Assembly: GCA_035606395.1 (NCBI GenBank)
Contig: DATNFK010000045.1
Coordinates: forward strand, 26,670 to 90,669
Source of the DNA: Terriglobales bacterium
GTDB lineage: Bacteria > Acidobacteriota > Terriglobia > Terriglobales > SCQP01
DNA: 64,000 nucleotides
Direction of reading: 5' to 3'
The stretch's first letter is position 1. Each line of letters starts with the position of its first letter. Shown piece after piece: positions 43,998-53,540 of the stretch. The notes beneath the pieces were generated by a model. It searched no databases, had not been told where the DNA came from, and worked only from the letters and a program-made list of their open reading frames with translations. A program made the translations under genes and the position numbers.

Positions 43998-44922
43998 GAT
44001 GGGGCCAATGATTGGGTCACGCACTGCTCTTCTCGCGCTTTCGCGCAACCCGCGGATGCGCCATTTAACCGAGTCCAGCCGAATCGGCCGGCGGGTGTCG
44101 AGCCGCTTTGTCGCCGGGCTCACGCTCACCGATGCGATCGAAGCGGTGGCCGCGGTGAACCGCCTGGGGATGAGCGCCAGCCTTGATCCGCTGGGCGAAA
44201 ACGTCTCGACGGAGGCCGCGGCGGCTGAGGCGGCACAAACCGCGTGCGGCATTCTCGACGCCATTGATCGCCACCACGTCGATTCGAATCTTTCATTGAA
44301 ATTGACTCAACTGGGTCTCGACCTGGGTTTAGATTTGGCGCGCTCCCAGCTCCAACGCATTATCACGCGGGCCGCGGAGCACAAGATCTTCCTGCGAGTT
44401 GACATGGAGGGCTCGGCGTATACCGAAACCACGCTGGCCCTAGTGGAGCAGTTGCATGGCGAAGGCGCCAACATCGGCACGGTTGTGCAGTCGTACTTGC
44501 GGCGCACCGCGGGCGATGTCGAGCGCATGTTGGCGCGGGGCATTCGCCTGCGGCTGGTCAAGGGCGCGTACCGGGAGCCGGCGGCGATTGCGTTTCAGGA
44601 CAAATCGGAGGTGGACGCCAACTACGTCACGCTCATGCAGCGGCTGCTCGACAGCGGCACCTACCATGCCATAGCCACGCACGACGAAAAGATCATCGAG
44701 GCGACGACGCGCTACGCCCAGCAGCAGGCGATCCCGGCGAGCGGGTTCGAATTTCAAATGCTGTACGGCATCCGGCGGGACTTGCAGCAGAAGCTGCAGG
44801 CGGAGGGCTGGCGGGTGCGGGTGTACATTCCGTTCGGGCCGGAGTGGTATCCCTACTTTATGCGGCGGCTGGCGGAGCGGCCGGCCAATCTGCTCTTCCT
44901 GCTCAAAAATTTGGTGAAATAG
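43996..44922 (+). CDS. Proline dehydrogenase (monofunctional)
   Basis: Motifs RVDMEGS, VQSYLRRT, RLVKGAY, ATHDE and FEFQMLYGIR. Candidate ATGs at 43996, 43999 and 44008. Confidence 0.85.
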   Translation: MMGPMIGSRTALLALSRNPRMRHLTESSRIGRRVSSRFVAGLTLTDAIEAVAAVNRLGMSASLDPLGENVSTEAAAAEAAQTACGILDAIDRHHVDSNLSLKLTQLGLDLGLDLARSQLQRIITRAAEHKIFLRVDMEGSAYTETTLALVEQLHGEGANIGTVVQSYLRRTAGDVERMLARGIRLRLVKGAYREPAAIAFQDKSEVDANYVTLMQRLLDSGTYHAIATHDEKIIEATTRYAQQQAIPASGFEFQMLYGIRRDLQQKLQAEGWRVRVYIPFGPEWYPYFMRRLAERPANLLFLLKNLVK

Positions 44923-44925
44923 GGC

Positions 44926-46506
44926 ATGCACCTTTTATCCGCCGCGCAAATGCGTGAGTGCGACGCGGTCACGATTGCCGGCGCCGGGCCGTCAGGTTCG
45001 GAGTTGATGGCCGCGGCCGCGGCGGCGGTGGTCGCGCGCATCGAGCGGGACTTCCCGGCCGCGCTGTCGGGACACATCACGATTTTGTGCGGCGGAGGCA
45101 ACAACGGCGGCGACGGCCTGGTCATGGCCCGCATTCTCGGCGAGCGGGCGGTGGCGGTCAGTGCGATCGTACTCGCGCGCGAGGAGCGCCTGACCGGTGA
45201 CGCGTTGCGCGCCCTGGTCGCCTTGCGCGCGCTGGGCGGGAGCGAGCCCGCTTTCGTCGCGGACGCGCTGGCGTGGGATCAGCACCGCCGGACGACGCTG
45301 GCCAGCGCGTTGATCGTTGACGCCGTTTTTGGAACCGGGCTGTTGCACCCGGTGCGCGGCTGGATCGCCGATATTTTCACCGAGCTGAACCGCGATTACC
45401 GGGGACCTATCGTCGCGGTGGATATTCCCTCCGGCCTCTCGGCTGACGCTGAAGGGCCGGCGGAAAGCCATGACAGCGTCGTTCTCCGCGCGGATGCAAC
45501 GGTCGCCTTTGCGGCGCCGAAGCTGGGACATTTTCTTTCCTGGCAATCGAGCGCGGTGGGCAAGCTGAGTGTCGCGCCGATCGGGATCCCAGACGATGTT
45601 TTGAACAGGTCGGGTTGCGGCGTGGGCTTGACTACGGCGGAGGATTGCCGTCCTTATCTCGCGCCGCGGACGCGGCAGGCGCACAAGGGCAGCTTCGGCC
45701 ACGTGCTCGTGGTCGCCGGCTCCCAGGGCAAGTCGGGCGCGGCGGCGCTGGCGGCGACGGCCGCGCTGCGCATTGGCGCCGGGCTGGTCACGGCCGCCGT
45801 GCCGCGTTCGATCCAGCCGCTGGTCGCGGCCGCCCGTCCGGAACTGATGACCGAGGCGCTGCCGGAAAACCGCATCGGCGCGTTCACGCATGCCGGGCTC
45901 GAGCCGCGCCTGTTTCAAACCCTGTTGCGCCCGGCGACCGTGGTCGCCATGGGCTGCGGCGTGGGGTCGTCGAAAGAAGCGTTTGAGTTCGTACGGTTTC
46001 TGTTGACCACCATCAACGTGCCCTGTGTGCTCGACGCCGACGGCCTCAATGCTTATGCCGGACGCCGGCAGGAGCTAAAATTCCGCGCCGGCGGCATACT
46101 CACGCCGCATCCGGGCGAGATGGCGCGGCTCTTCAGCGTGGACACGACCGAGGTCGAGTCGCGCCGACGTTACTATGCTCAGCGCCTGGCCGCTGAAACC
46201 GGCGCCGTGGCGCTACTCAAGGGACACTTCACGCTGATCGCCGACCCCGACGGCGCGCTGTTCGTGAACCCGACCGGCAATCCGGGGATGGCGTCGGCCG
46301 GTGTCGGCGACGCGCTGACTGGAGTGATTGCCGGGCTGGTGGCGCAGTTCCCGCGGCGCTCGAAGCTCGAGACCACCGCGGTCGCGGCGTTTCTTCATGG
46401 GCAGGCCGGCGATCGCGCCGCCGCGCTCAAGGGCGAGATGGGCATGATGGCCGGCGATCTGATTGACGCGCTGCCTGAAACGCTTCTCGCCCTATCGAAG
46501 CCCTGA
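44926..46506 (+). CDS. nnr: Bifunctional NAD(P)H-hydrate repair enzyme (epimerase + ADP-dependent dehydratase)
   Basis: YjeF_N motif GGGNNGGDG fused to a carbohydrate-kinase-fold C-terminus (GSQGKSGAA, GDALTG). Confidence 0.9.
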   Translation: MHLLSAAQMRECDAVTIAGAGPSGSELMAAAAAAVVARIERDFPAALSGHITILCGGGNNGGDGLVMARILGERAVAVSAIVLAREERLTGDALRALVALRALGGSEPAFVADALAWDQHRRTTLASALIVDAVFGTGLLHPVRGWIADIFTELNRDYRGPIVAVDIPSGLSADAEGPAESHDSVVLRADATVAFAAPKLGHFLSWQSSAVGKLSVAPIGIPDDVLNRSGCGVGLTTAEDCRPYLAPRTRQAHKGSFGHVLVVAGSQGKSGAAALAATAALRIGAGLVTAAVPRSIQPLVAAARPELMTEALPENRIGAFTHAGLEPRLFQTLLRPATVVAMGCGVGSSKEAFEFVRFLLTTINVPCVLDADGLNAYAGRRQELKFRAGGILTPHPGEMARLFSVDTTEVESRRRYYAQRLAAETGAVALLKGHFTLIADPDGALFVNPTGNPGMASAGVGDALTGVIAGLVAQFPRRSKLETTAVAAFLHGQAGDRAAALKGEMGMMAGDLIDALPETLLALSKP

Positions 46507-46512
46507 TCAGCG

Positions 46513-46956
46513 GTGATTACCATTGCCCAAACCGAGGAGGAGACGCAGGCCGCCGGGCGGCAACTCGCCGAGTTGTGCCATGATCCCCTCAACGTGATTC
46601 TATTGGTGGGCGAACTCGGCGCCGGCAAGACGACCTTCATGAAGGGCGTCGCCGAAGGGTGGCAGGTGGCCGCCGCGCGCCAGGTGACCAGCCCCACCTA
46701 CACGCTGATACACGAATACCACGCCGCCGGCCGCAGCCTTTACCACCTCGATTTGTACCGCATTGAAACCCAGGCTCAGCTTGAAACACTTGGACTCGAA
46801 GATCTCATTGCACCTCCGCCGCCACCCGAACAACGCATGATTGCCATCGAGTGGGCCGAGCGCATCGCGGCGCAACTTTCTTCGATTCCGCGCTGGCAGA
46901 TCAAGCTCGAAACCAATGCCGACGGCGCCCGCACGATTACCAACACCCGACTTTAA
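46513..46956 (+). CDS. tsaE: tRNA t6A37 biosynthesis ATPase TsaE
   Basis: P-loop GELGAGKTTF plus SPTYTL and YHLDLYR. GTG start. Confidence 0.85.
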   Translation: MITIAQTEEETQAAGRQLAELCHDPLNVILLVGELGAGKTTFMKGVAEGWQVAAARQVTSPTYTLIHEYHAAGRSLYHLDLYRIETQAQLETLGLEDLIAPPPPPEQRMIAIEWAERIAAQLSSIPRWQIKLETNADGARTITNTRL

Positions 46957-49629
46957 ATGCTCATCCCCGGCACACGATTGGGACCGTACGAGATCAACAC
47001 CTTACTGGGCGAGGGAGGCATGGGCGAGGTGTACCGCGCGCGCGACAGCCGGCTCGACCGCACGGTCGCGGTCAAGGTTTTGGGCGCCGGTGTCGCCGAA
47101 ACGCCCGAAGCCCAGGCGCGCTTCGAACGCGAGGCGCGCGCGGTCGCATCGCTCCAACATCCGCACATTTGCGTACTTCACGACGTGGGGGTTGACTCGG
47201 GACGCGCGTATCTGGTGATGGAACACCTCGAGGGAGAGACGTTGGCGGCGCGCCTGCGGCGGGGGCCGCTGCCGCTGGCCGAATTGGCGCGCGCCGGCAG
47301 CGAAATCGCGGCGGCGCTCGCATGCGCCCATGCCGCCGGCATCGTCCACCGCGATCTCAAGCCCGGCAACATCATCCTGACCGCCAGCGGCGCCAAGCTG
47401 CTGGATTTCGGACTGGCGAAATCGCCTGGCGCGGCGGCGGCCGCGCCGCCGAGCTTCACGGCCTCGCTCGCCCGCACCGCGCTGCATTCACCGGTAACCA
47501 TGGCGGGGACGGTATTGGGCACGGTGCAGTACATGAGCCCGGAGCAGATTGAGGGAGGCGAGGCCGATGCGCGCTCCGACATCTTTGCCTTCGGCTGCGT
47601 GCTGCATGAAATGGCCACCGGCAAAGCGGCATTTGAAGGCGCATCGCATCTTTCGCTGGCCGCCGCCATTATCGAAAAAGAGCCCGCGCCGATCCGCGCG
47701 CTGCAGCCGGAGATGCCAGCGGCGATCGAGGCGCTGGTGGAGGCGTGCCTGCGCAAATCGCCCGAGCGGCGATGGCAATCGGCGGCTGATATTCCAACTG
47801 TCCTCCAATGGGCTCTGCAGAAGTCCGAACCGGCGCCTGCGGCGTCGGCTCCGGCACGGCAGTGGCCAACACTTACAGCGCTGGCGGCCGCTATCGCGCT
47901 TGCCGCCCTGGCAACGCTGGCGTGGATGGTCCTGCGACCAGCGCCGTTGGACCGTTCGGTTGTGGCTGAGATTCCGCCGCCGGCGGGAACACGGTTCAGC
48001 TTTTCAGGCTCCACTCCCGGGATGGCGGCGGTATCCCCGGATGGCAGCCAAGTTGCCTTCGTCGCGCATGGCGCCAATGGCTCTAATCAGCTCTGGCTTC
48101 GCCGCTTCGACCAAATGCAAGCCCAGCCGCTACCTGGAACCGAAAGCGCCATGTTTCCTTTCTGGGCGCCCGACGGCTCGGCCATCGGTTTCTCCACCCA
48201 TCCCGGCGCCGTCGACGGCGGCCAATTGATGGTATTGACGCTGGCCAGCGGCGAGACCCGTGCCATAGCTGCCATCATTCAATCGCGCGGCGGCACGTGG
48301 TCGGCGAAGGGCGCCGCGGGGGGCACCATACTGTTTGCCCCCACCGTCAGCGGCCCGCTCTATCGCATCCCTGCCGCGGGCGGTACCGCAACTTCCGTCT
48401 TCCCCATCGACACCGCCCAGTTCAGCTCGTACCGCTATCCCTGGTTCCTGCCCGACGGCCAGCATTTTATCTATCTCGCCATTAGCCATACCGACAGTTC
48501 GCGCGACATGCTCTTTTTCTCGGCGCTGGACGGCTCCGTGAACCGGCCGCTGGCCCATGCCACGGCGGGTGCGGTGTACGCCAGCGGCCAACTGATTTTT
48601 TCGGTCGCCGGCAAGCTAACGGCGCAAGCCATGGACCCCAGCAGCGGCGCGCTTAGCGGCCCGGTGCGGACAATCGCCGAACAAGTTTTTGAAGACCAGG
48701 TCAGTTGGCGGCCGGCGTACTCAGTCTCCTCGAATGGAGTGCTGCTGTACGCCACCGGCTCACCCGGAGCTGAGCAACTGGCCTGGGTTGATCGATCGAA
48801 CCATGTGCAAAGCGCACTGCCGGCCTACGAAGGTGATGCCATGACCGCCGCGCTGGACCACAGCGGGCGGCGCCTTGCCGTCAGTCTCGACAATGGCTTG
48901 CAAGATATCTGGATTGTGGATCGCACCGGGGGCGGACGTATGCGGTTAACCGACGGGCCCCTCGCGAATCTATCGCCGGTTTGGACGCCGGATGGCGCCT
49001 CGATAATCTACAACTCGGTAACGACGAACGTCACTCGCATCTTCGAGCGACGGTCGGACGGCAACGGCGGAGCGCGCGAACTGACCGCCGCGGTGCGACC
49101 CGCGGCCAACACCGTGCCTTACGCACTTTCTCCCGACGGCAAGACGCTGCTTTTGACTGTGTACAATGGCCGCCAATATCTGCTGACTACGATGGCGCTC
49201 GACACGCTCCGCCTGGGCACCCCACTGCTCCCCGCCACGAGCGACGTGCTGTCGAGGGTTGGTCTCTCGCCCGACGGACGCTGGGTGTCATTTATTTCAG
49301 GGTCGCCTGGACAGCCTACCAGCCTGTATGTCATACCTTTTGCCGGCGGCCGGGGCGCCGAGCAGGTCGCGAACCCAGGTGTTATCAATGCTTTTTGGGC
49401 AGGCCCGCACGAATTGGATTTCGTCACCGACAGCGGCACGCTCGCATCGGTTACGGTGACCGATAACAATGGCGCGCCCAGCTTCGGCGCGGTGTCGAAC
49501 CTGGCGAACAACTTCCCAGCGATTCTTGCCGCCTCCGCCGACGGACGCAGCCTGCTCACCAGCACCTTCCCGAATGACCACCAACGACTGGTGGTAATTG
49601 ACCACTGGGACACGGCACTGCGGCGCTAG
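46957..49629 (+). CDS. Ser/Thr protein kinase fused to TolB-like (WD40-type) beta-propeller
   Basis: Hanks motifs VAVK, HRDLKPGNI, DFGLAK and YMSPE, then one TM and repeated SPDG-type propeller blades. Confidence 0.9.
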   Translation: MLIPGTRLGPYEINTLLGEGGMGEVYRARDSRLDRTVAVKVLGAGVAETPEAQARFEREARAVASLQHPHICVLHDVGVDSGRAYLVMEHLEGETLAARLRRGPLPLAELARAGSEIAAALACAHAAGIVHRDLKPGNIILTASGAKLLDFGLAKSPGAAAAAPPSFTASLARTALHSPVTMAGTVLGTVQYMSPEQIEGGEADARSDIFAFGCVLHEMATGKAAFEGASHLSLAAAIIEKEPAPIRALQPEMPAAIEALVEACLRKSPERRWQSAADIPTVLQWALQKSEPAPAASAPARQWPTLTALAAAIALAALATLAWMVLRPAPLDRSVVAEIPPPAGTRFSFSGSTPGMAAVSPDGSQVAFVAHGANGSNQLWLRRFDQMQAQPLPGTESAMFPFWAPDGSAIGFSTHPGAVDGGQLMVLTLASGETRAIAAIIQSRGGTWSAKGAAGGTILFAPTVSGPLYRIPAAGGTATSVFPIDTAQFSSYRYPWFLPDGQHFIYLAISHTDSSRDMLFFSALDGSVNRPLAHATAGAVYASGQLIFSVAGKLTAQAMDPSSGALSGPVRTIAEQVFEDQVSWRPAYSVSSNGVLLYATGSPGAEQLAWVDRSNHVQSALPAYEGDAMTAALDHSGRRLAVSLDNGLQDIWIVDRTGGGRMRLTDGPLANLSPVWTPDGASIIYNSVTTNVTRIFERRSDGNGGARELTAAVRPAANTVPYALSPDGKTLLLTVYNGRQYLLTTMALDTLRLGTPLLPATSDVLSRVGLSPDGRWVSFISGSPGQPTSLYVIPFAGGRGAEQVANPGVINAFWAGPHELDFVTDSGTLASVTVTDNNGAPSFGAVSNLANNFPAILAASADGRSLLTSTFPNDHQRLVVIDHWDTALRR

Positions 49630-49874
49630 CTGGTAGCCCACTTGAGACTTTTGCCGGCTTGGGCTGCGCCGCGACCGACGCTTTCGCCGGCCTTGGCCAG
49701 GCTCTTGGGTATTGCTTTCAGGGCGCGGCGGGTACCGCGAGGGTGTTCCATGGCCACCGTAATCGGTGACACCAACCCAATCAGCAGACCCCAGCGGCGG
49801 TGATCGCTCAACATCAGCGCCGCAGCCGCGCCCAACGGTGCCCAGGTAAGTAGGTTCTCAGCAGTACGGTTCAT
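49626..49874 (-). CDS. Possible small membrane protein (82 aa)
   Basis: In-frame ATG 49874 (MNRTAENLLTWAPLGAAAALML). The longer track ORF overlaps the ZIP gene. No homology recognised. Confidence 0.3.
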   Translation of the reverse strand: MNRTAENLLTWAPLGAAAALMLSDHRRWGLLIGLVSPITVAMEHPRGTRRALKAIPKSLAKAGESVGRGAAQAGKSLKWATS

Positions 49875-49932
49875 GTGTCGTTGGACGCCCACGCATTCGG
49901 GCGCGTTGTCCGCTCTGCTAGGCTTAGTTTGC

Positions 49933-50658
49933 ATGCCGACTCGCTCCATCCTGGCGCTGGCGCTGGGCGTTGCCGCCGCCATGGCGAATATCTTCGGCGG
50001 CCTAGTGCTCACCGGGCGCGACTGGGAACGCCGCTACCTGCGGTATTTTGTGGCCGTGGGCGCCGGCTTCATGCTGGGCGCGACGCTGCTCGACATGGTG
50101 CCGGAGAGCTGGCGACTGTCGCCCGGCCGGGCGCCCTTTCTGATTCTCGGTGGGTACCTGCTGGTGCATCTGGTCGAGCACGCGTTGGTGCCGCATTTTC
50201 ATTTTGGCGAGGAGACGCACCCGGGGGCGTTCGCCCACGGCCATCTGCCGGTGTCGGTGATGACCGGACTTGGGGTACACACCTTCTTTGACGGTGTAGC
50301 GATCGGCAGCGGATTTTTGGTCTCAGACCTGCTGGGCTGGATTCTTTTCCTCGCGGTGTTCATGCACAAAATTCCGGAAGGATTCACCATGGCCTCGGTG
50401 ATGCTCGCCGCCGGCCGCAGCAACCGCGCCGCAGTGCTGGCGGCGGCCGCGCTCGGCGCGGCGTCGGTCGCCGGCGTCGCGGTGATACTCATTTTTCCGA
50501 TGGGCCTGGCGGCGGCGCTGCCGGTCGCGGCGGGGGTTACGCTCTACGTCGCGACGACTGACCTGGTGCCCGAGGTCAACCGGGAACCGGGCATTCAAAT
50601 GGCGCTGTGCGTGTTTCTCGGGGTTATTATTCTGGCAGGCTTGCAATGGGCTTTTTGA
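49933..50658 (+). CDS. ZIP-family divalent metal transporter
   Basis: Multi-span protein with motif FMHKIPEGF. Start set to ATG 49933 (MPTRSILALALG). Confidence 0.8.
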   Translation: MPTRSILALALGVAAAMANIFGGLVLTGRDWERRYLRYFVAVGAGFMLGATLLDMVPESWRLSPGRAPFLILGGYLLVHLVEHALVPHFHFGEETHPGAFAHGHLPVSVMTGLGVHTFFDGVAIGSGFLVSDLLGWILFLAVFMHKIPEGFTMASVMLAAGRSNRAAVLAAAALGAASVAGVAVILIFPMGLAAALPVAAGVTLYVATTDLVPEVNREPGIQMALCVFLGVIILAGLQWAF

Positions 50659-51476
50659 AGCAAATTATTACGATCGTATGTCTCGGAACCGGGCTGCTGC
50701 TGAGTGCGCAATCGGCGCCATCGCCGGCCAGCCTCAAGCCCACGGGATACGTCAACGATTTTGCCCAGGTGCTCGATGCGGGCACGCGCGCCAGGCTCGA
50801 GCAGCGGGCGGAGGAACTGAATCGCCAGATCAAGGTGCAAGTCGCGATGGTCACGGTGGCAACCACGGGCGGCGCCGACGCGGGCGAATATTCGCTCGAA
50901 CTGGCGCAGCACTGGGGCATCGGGAACCGCGACGCAGGCGCCGACAAAGACACCGGCATTCTGATCTTCATCGCGGTCAAGGACCACAAGTACTTCACCC
51001 AAGTCGGCTATGGCATGGAGAACTACATCACCGATGCCGACGCCGGGAGCTGGATGCGCGAGCTGCTGCCGCAATTGCGCAGCGGCGATTTCGGAGCCGT
51101 GTTCAATGCCATGCTCGACCAGATCGAGCGCACCCTCGCAGCCCGCATGCCGGGCGCGGCGGCTGAACTGCAGAACGTTCCCGCGCCCAGCGCCAACGCG
51201 GGCGAGGAGCGCTCGGGTAGGGGCGGCAGCGGCAACAATTGGGGTTTTCTTATCTTCCTGGCCGCCATTTGGATCATTGGCTCGCTCGCCTCGCGCGGGC
51301 GCGGCGGCGGCATGGGCGGATGCTGGTGGCCGCTGCTTTTCATGAACATGGGTGGAGGGGGCGGCGGTTATCGCGGCGGCGGCGGCTGGGGCGGAGGCTT
51401 CGGCGGCGGCGGTGGTGGCTTTGGCGGATTTGGCGGCGGGGGCTTCGGCGGCGGCGGAGCCGGCGGAGGATGGTAG
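50646..51476 (+). CDS. TPM-domain (YgcG-like) protein with Gly-rich C-terminal tail
   Basis: Signal peptide from ATG 50646; TPM blocks GYVNDFAQVLD and GILIFIAVKDHKYF; a TM; then the tail GGGGGGYRGGGGWGGGFGGGGGGFGGFGGGGFGGGGAGGGW. Confidence 0.8.
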   Translation: MGFLKQIITIVCLGTGLLLSAQSAPSPASLKPTGYVNDFAQVLDAGTRARLEQRAEELNRQIKVQVAMVTVATTGGADAGEYSLELAQHWGIGNRDAGADKDTGILIFIAVKDHKYFTQVGYGMENYITDADAGSWMRELLPQLRSGDFGAVFNAMLDQIERTLAARMPGAAAELQNVPAPSANAGEERSGRGGSGNNWGFLIFLAAIWIIGSLASRGRGGGMGGCWWPLLFMNMGGGGGGYRGGGGWGGGFGGGGGGFGGFGGGGFGGGGAGGGW

Positions 51477-51501
51477 CGCTCGCGATTAAAATGGAGAAAA
51501 C

Positions 51502-52239
51502 ATGGCCCCACTAAGCCCCGAAGCCGCGCTTGAGAAGATGTCCGCCTGGATGAGCCAGCTCTATGGCGAGAGGCTGCAGTCGTTGCTGGTCTACGGCTCA
51601 GCCGCCAACAGCGCCCATCACCATACCAAGCGCTCGGACATAAATTTGCTCGCCGTGCTCGACCACCTTGACGCCGCGACGCTCGATCAGGGCGCTGAAG
51701 CGGTGCGCTGGTGGACGGCGCAAGGCAATCCGCCGCTGGTCATGCTCTCACGCGACGAGCAGGATGAGGCCGCGGATGTTTTCCCCATCGAGTACCTGGA
51801 TATTCAGGCCAATCACCGCATTCTAGTGGGCCGCGATCCGTTCGCCGAAGTGCCCCGGTTTCCCGACCTGCATCGGCTGCAGGTGGAACACGAACTGCGG
51901 GCAAAACTACTGCGGCTGCGCGGCGGCTATATGGCGCTGGGCAACGACGCCAAGAGTCTTGAAGCGATGCTGCTCGATTCCGCGAGCACTTTTCTCACCC
52001 TCTTCCGCCATGCCCTGATCGCCCGCGGGGAGCCGCTGCTTACCGCCAAAGATGAAGTCCTCGCGGCTGCCTCGCGCTATTTCGGATTTCCCGCCGAAGC
52101 CTTCGCGCTGGTGCTCGCCGCCCGCCGCTCCGGGGAGCGGCTCGAAGGCGGCAAGCTCGAACCACTGCGCGCCTTATTTGCGCGCTATCTAGCCTCGATT
52201 CATACGGTTGAACGTTCCTTGGAGAATCATCATGCTTAA
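51502..52239 (+). CDS. Nucleotidyltransferase-domain protein (pol-beta superfamily), function unknown
   Basis: LLVYGSAANSAHHHTKRSDINLLAVL: a GS ... DxD-like motif that reads D-I-N here. Helical C-terminal half. Confidence 0.6.
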   Translation: MAPLSPEAALEKMSAWMSQLYGERLQSLLVYGSAANSAHHHTKRSDINLLAVLDHLDAATLDQGAEAVRWWTAQGNPPLVMLSRDEQDEAADVFPIEYLDIQANHRILVGRDPFAEVPRFPDLHRLQVEHELRAKLLRLRGGYMALGNDAKSLEAMLLDSASTFLTLFRHALIARGEPLLTAKDEVLAAASRYFGFPAEAFALVLAARRSGERLEGGKLEPLRALFARYLASIHTVERSLENHHA

Positions 52240-52849
52240 ATCCGCTTTCATCCATCGCCAGCAGCGCGGCGCCGCCGGCCCCTGGATCGTCGCCCTGGTT
52301 ATCGTCGCCGTCATTATTATTGCCGGCGTTTCCAGCTTCATCGGCCGCAACAACAACATGGTCCAGATGCGGGAGCAGATCAAGCAAACCTGGGCCGAGG
52401 TGGATGTGGATATCCAGCGCCGGGCCGATCTCATTCCCAACCTGGTGGCCACCGTTCAAGGCTTCGCCAAGCAGGAGCAGACGGTGATCGGCGAAGTCAC
52501 CAGCGCCCGGGCCGCCTTGGGCGGCGCACGTACGCCGCAGCAGACCATGACCGCCAACAATCAACTCGATGGGGCGCTCAGCCGCTTATTGGTGATAGTG
52601 GAAAACTATCCCCAGCTTAAGAGCAATCAGAATTTCCTCGCCTTGCAGGATGAGCTGACCGGCACTGAAAACCGCATTGCCAATGCACGCCGCCAGTACA
52701 ATCTGGCCATTCAGAACTATGACGCCTACATCAGCACATTTCCCAACAGCTGGGTGGCCCACATGAACGGCATGACATACAACAACGACTACTTCCAGAC
52801 CTCGGCCGACAACCGCAAGGCTCCGCCCACCGTAAGCTTCCCTCATTAA
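52232..52849 (+). CDS. lemA: LemA-family protein
   Basis: N-terminal TM and motifs RRADLIPNLV, ENYPQLKSNQNF and GTENRIANARRQYN. ATG 52232 overlaps the upstream stop. Confidence 0.85.
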   Translation: MLKSAFIHRQQRGAAGPWIVALVIVAVIIIAGVSSFIGRNNNMVQMREQIKQTWAEVDVDIQRRADLIPNLVATVQGFAKQEQTVIGEVTSARAALGGARTPQQTMTANNQLDGALSRLLVIVENYPQLKSNQNFLALQDELTGTENRIANARRQYNLAIQNYDAYISTFPNSWVAHMNGMTYNNDYFQTSADNRKAPPTVSFPH

Positions 52850-52880
52850 GAAGGCTGATCGCGGCGCACATGCGCAACTA

Positions 52881-53540
52881 TTGTGGATTGCAGGGGTTTC
52901 TAGAAATGTTGTGGGTGCTGTGTTGACAGCCATACTCGATGCTCCGCTTCGCGCGCTGGACGCGGATACCGAGTTGATGCTGCGTTTTCAAGCCGGCGAG
53001 AACGCCTGCTTCGACGACCTGGTGGGGCGTTTCCGCCAGCCGCTGCTGGGTTTTGTTTACCGCATGGTGCGCGACGCCGCAGCCAGCGAGGAGATTATTC
53101 AGGAGGCGTTTCTGCGGGTGTACCTGCATCGGGCACGGTACGAACCGCAGGCCAAGTTCAGTACCTGGTTGTACAGGATTGCCAATCATTTGGCGCTGAA
53201 CCATATCCGGGATCATCGGCGCGACCGCATGACCGAGTCGCTCGATGTGACGATACAATCGGGCCATGGCGAGCCAGTGACGCGCGAGTTCGCCGACCCG
53301 GCGCCCAGCGCCGAACAGGCGATGGTGTCGCAAGCGGTTAGCAGCCAGCGCGCGGCGCGGGTACGGCAGGCAATCGAAGCACTGCCGGAACGGCAACGCG
53401 CGGCGGTGGTGATGCACAAATATCAAGGTTTGGATTACGAAGAAATCGGCGGCGCCATGAAGATGTCGGCCAGCGCCACCAAGTCGCTCTTGTTTCGAGC
53501 TTATGAGTCGCTGCGACGCGACCTGCAGGATTTACTATGA
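52881..53540 (+). CDS. ECF-type RNA polymerase sigma-70 factor
   Basis: Region 2 STWLYRIANHLALNHIRD and region 4 LPERQRAAVVMHKYQGLDYEEIGGAMKMSASATKSLLFRA. Start uncertain: TTG 52881, GTG 52911/52920 or TTG 52923. Confidence 0.85.
   Translation: MWIAGVSRNVVGAVLTAILDAPLRALDADTELMLRFQAGENACFDDLVGRFRQPLLGFVYRMVRDAAASEEIIQEAFLRVYLHRARYEPQAKFSTWLYRIANHLALNHIRDHRRDRMTESLDVTIQSGHGEPVTREFADPAPSAEQAMVSQAVSSQRAARVRQAIEALPERQRAAVVMHKYQGLDYEEIGGAMKMSASATKSLLFRAYESLRRDLQDLL

Noticed and set aside
43998-44264. 89-codon N-terminal extension of the hypothetical gene 43203..43997
   Set aside because: It overlaps the well-supported N-terminus of the proline dehydrogenase on the other strand, and its composition is Ala/Ser/Arg-rich.
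44992-45918. 308-aa minus-strand ORF, with similar long antisense ORFs at 47178..48077, 61630..62499, 54624..55307 and 23074..23916
   Set aside because: Each is antisense to a gene with clear family motifs (Nnr, Ser/Thr kinase, MFS, response regulator, Wzc). All have Arg/Gly/Ala/Pro-rich translations.
51340-51476. Repetitive GGC/GGT-rich DNA, considered as a tandem repeat or array
   Set aside because: It is in frame with, and encodes, the Gly-rich C-terminal tail of the TPM protein. There is no spacer/repeat periodicity.
51502-52239. Nucleotidyltransferase gene as part of an MNT/HEPN-type toxin-antitoxin or defence pair
   Set aside because: There is no separate HEPN partner or Rx4-6H motif, and the neighbours are TPM and LemA genes. 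The NTase acidic motif also looks degenerate.
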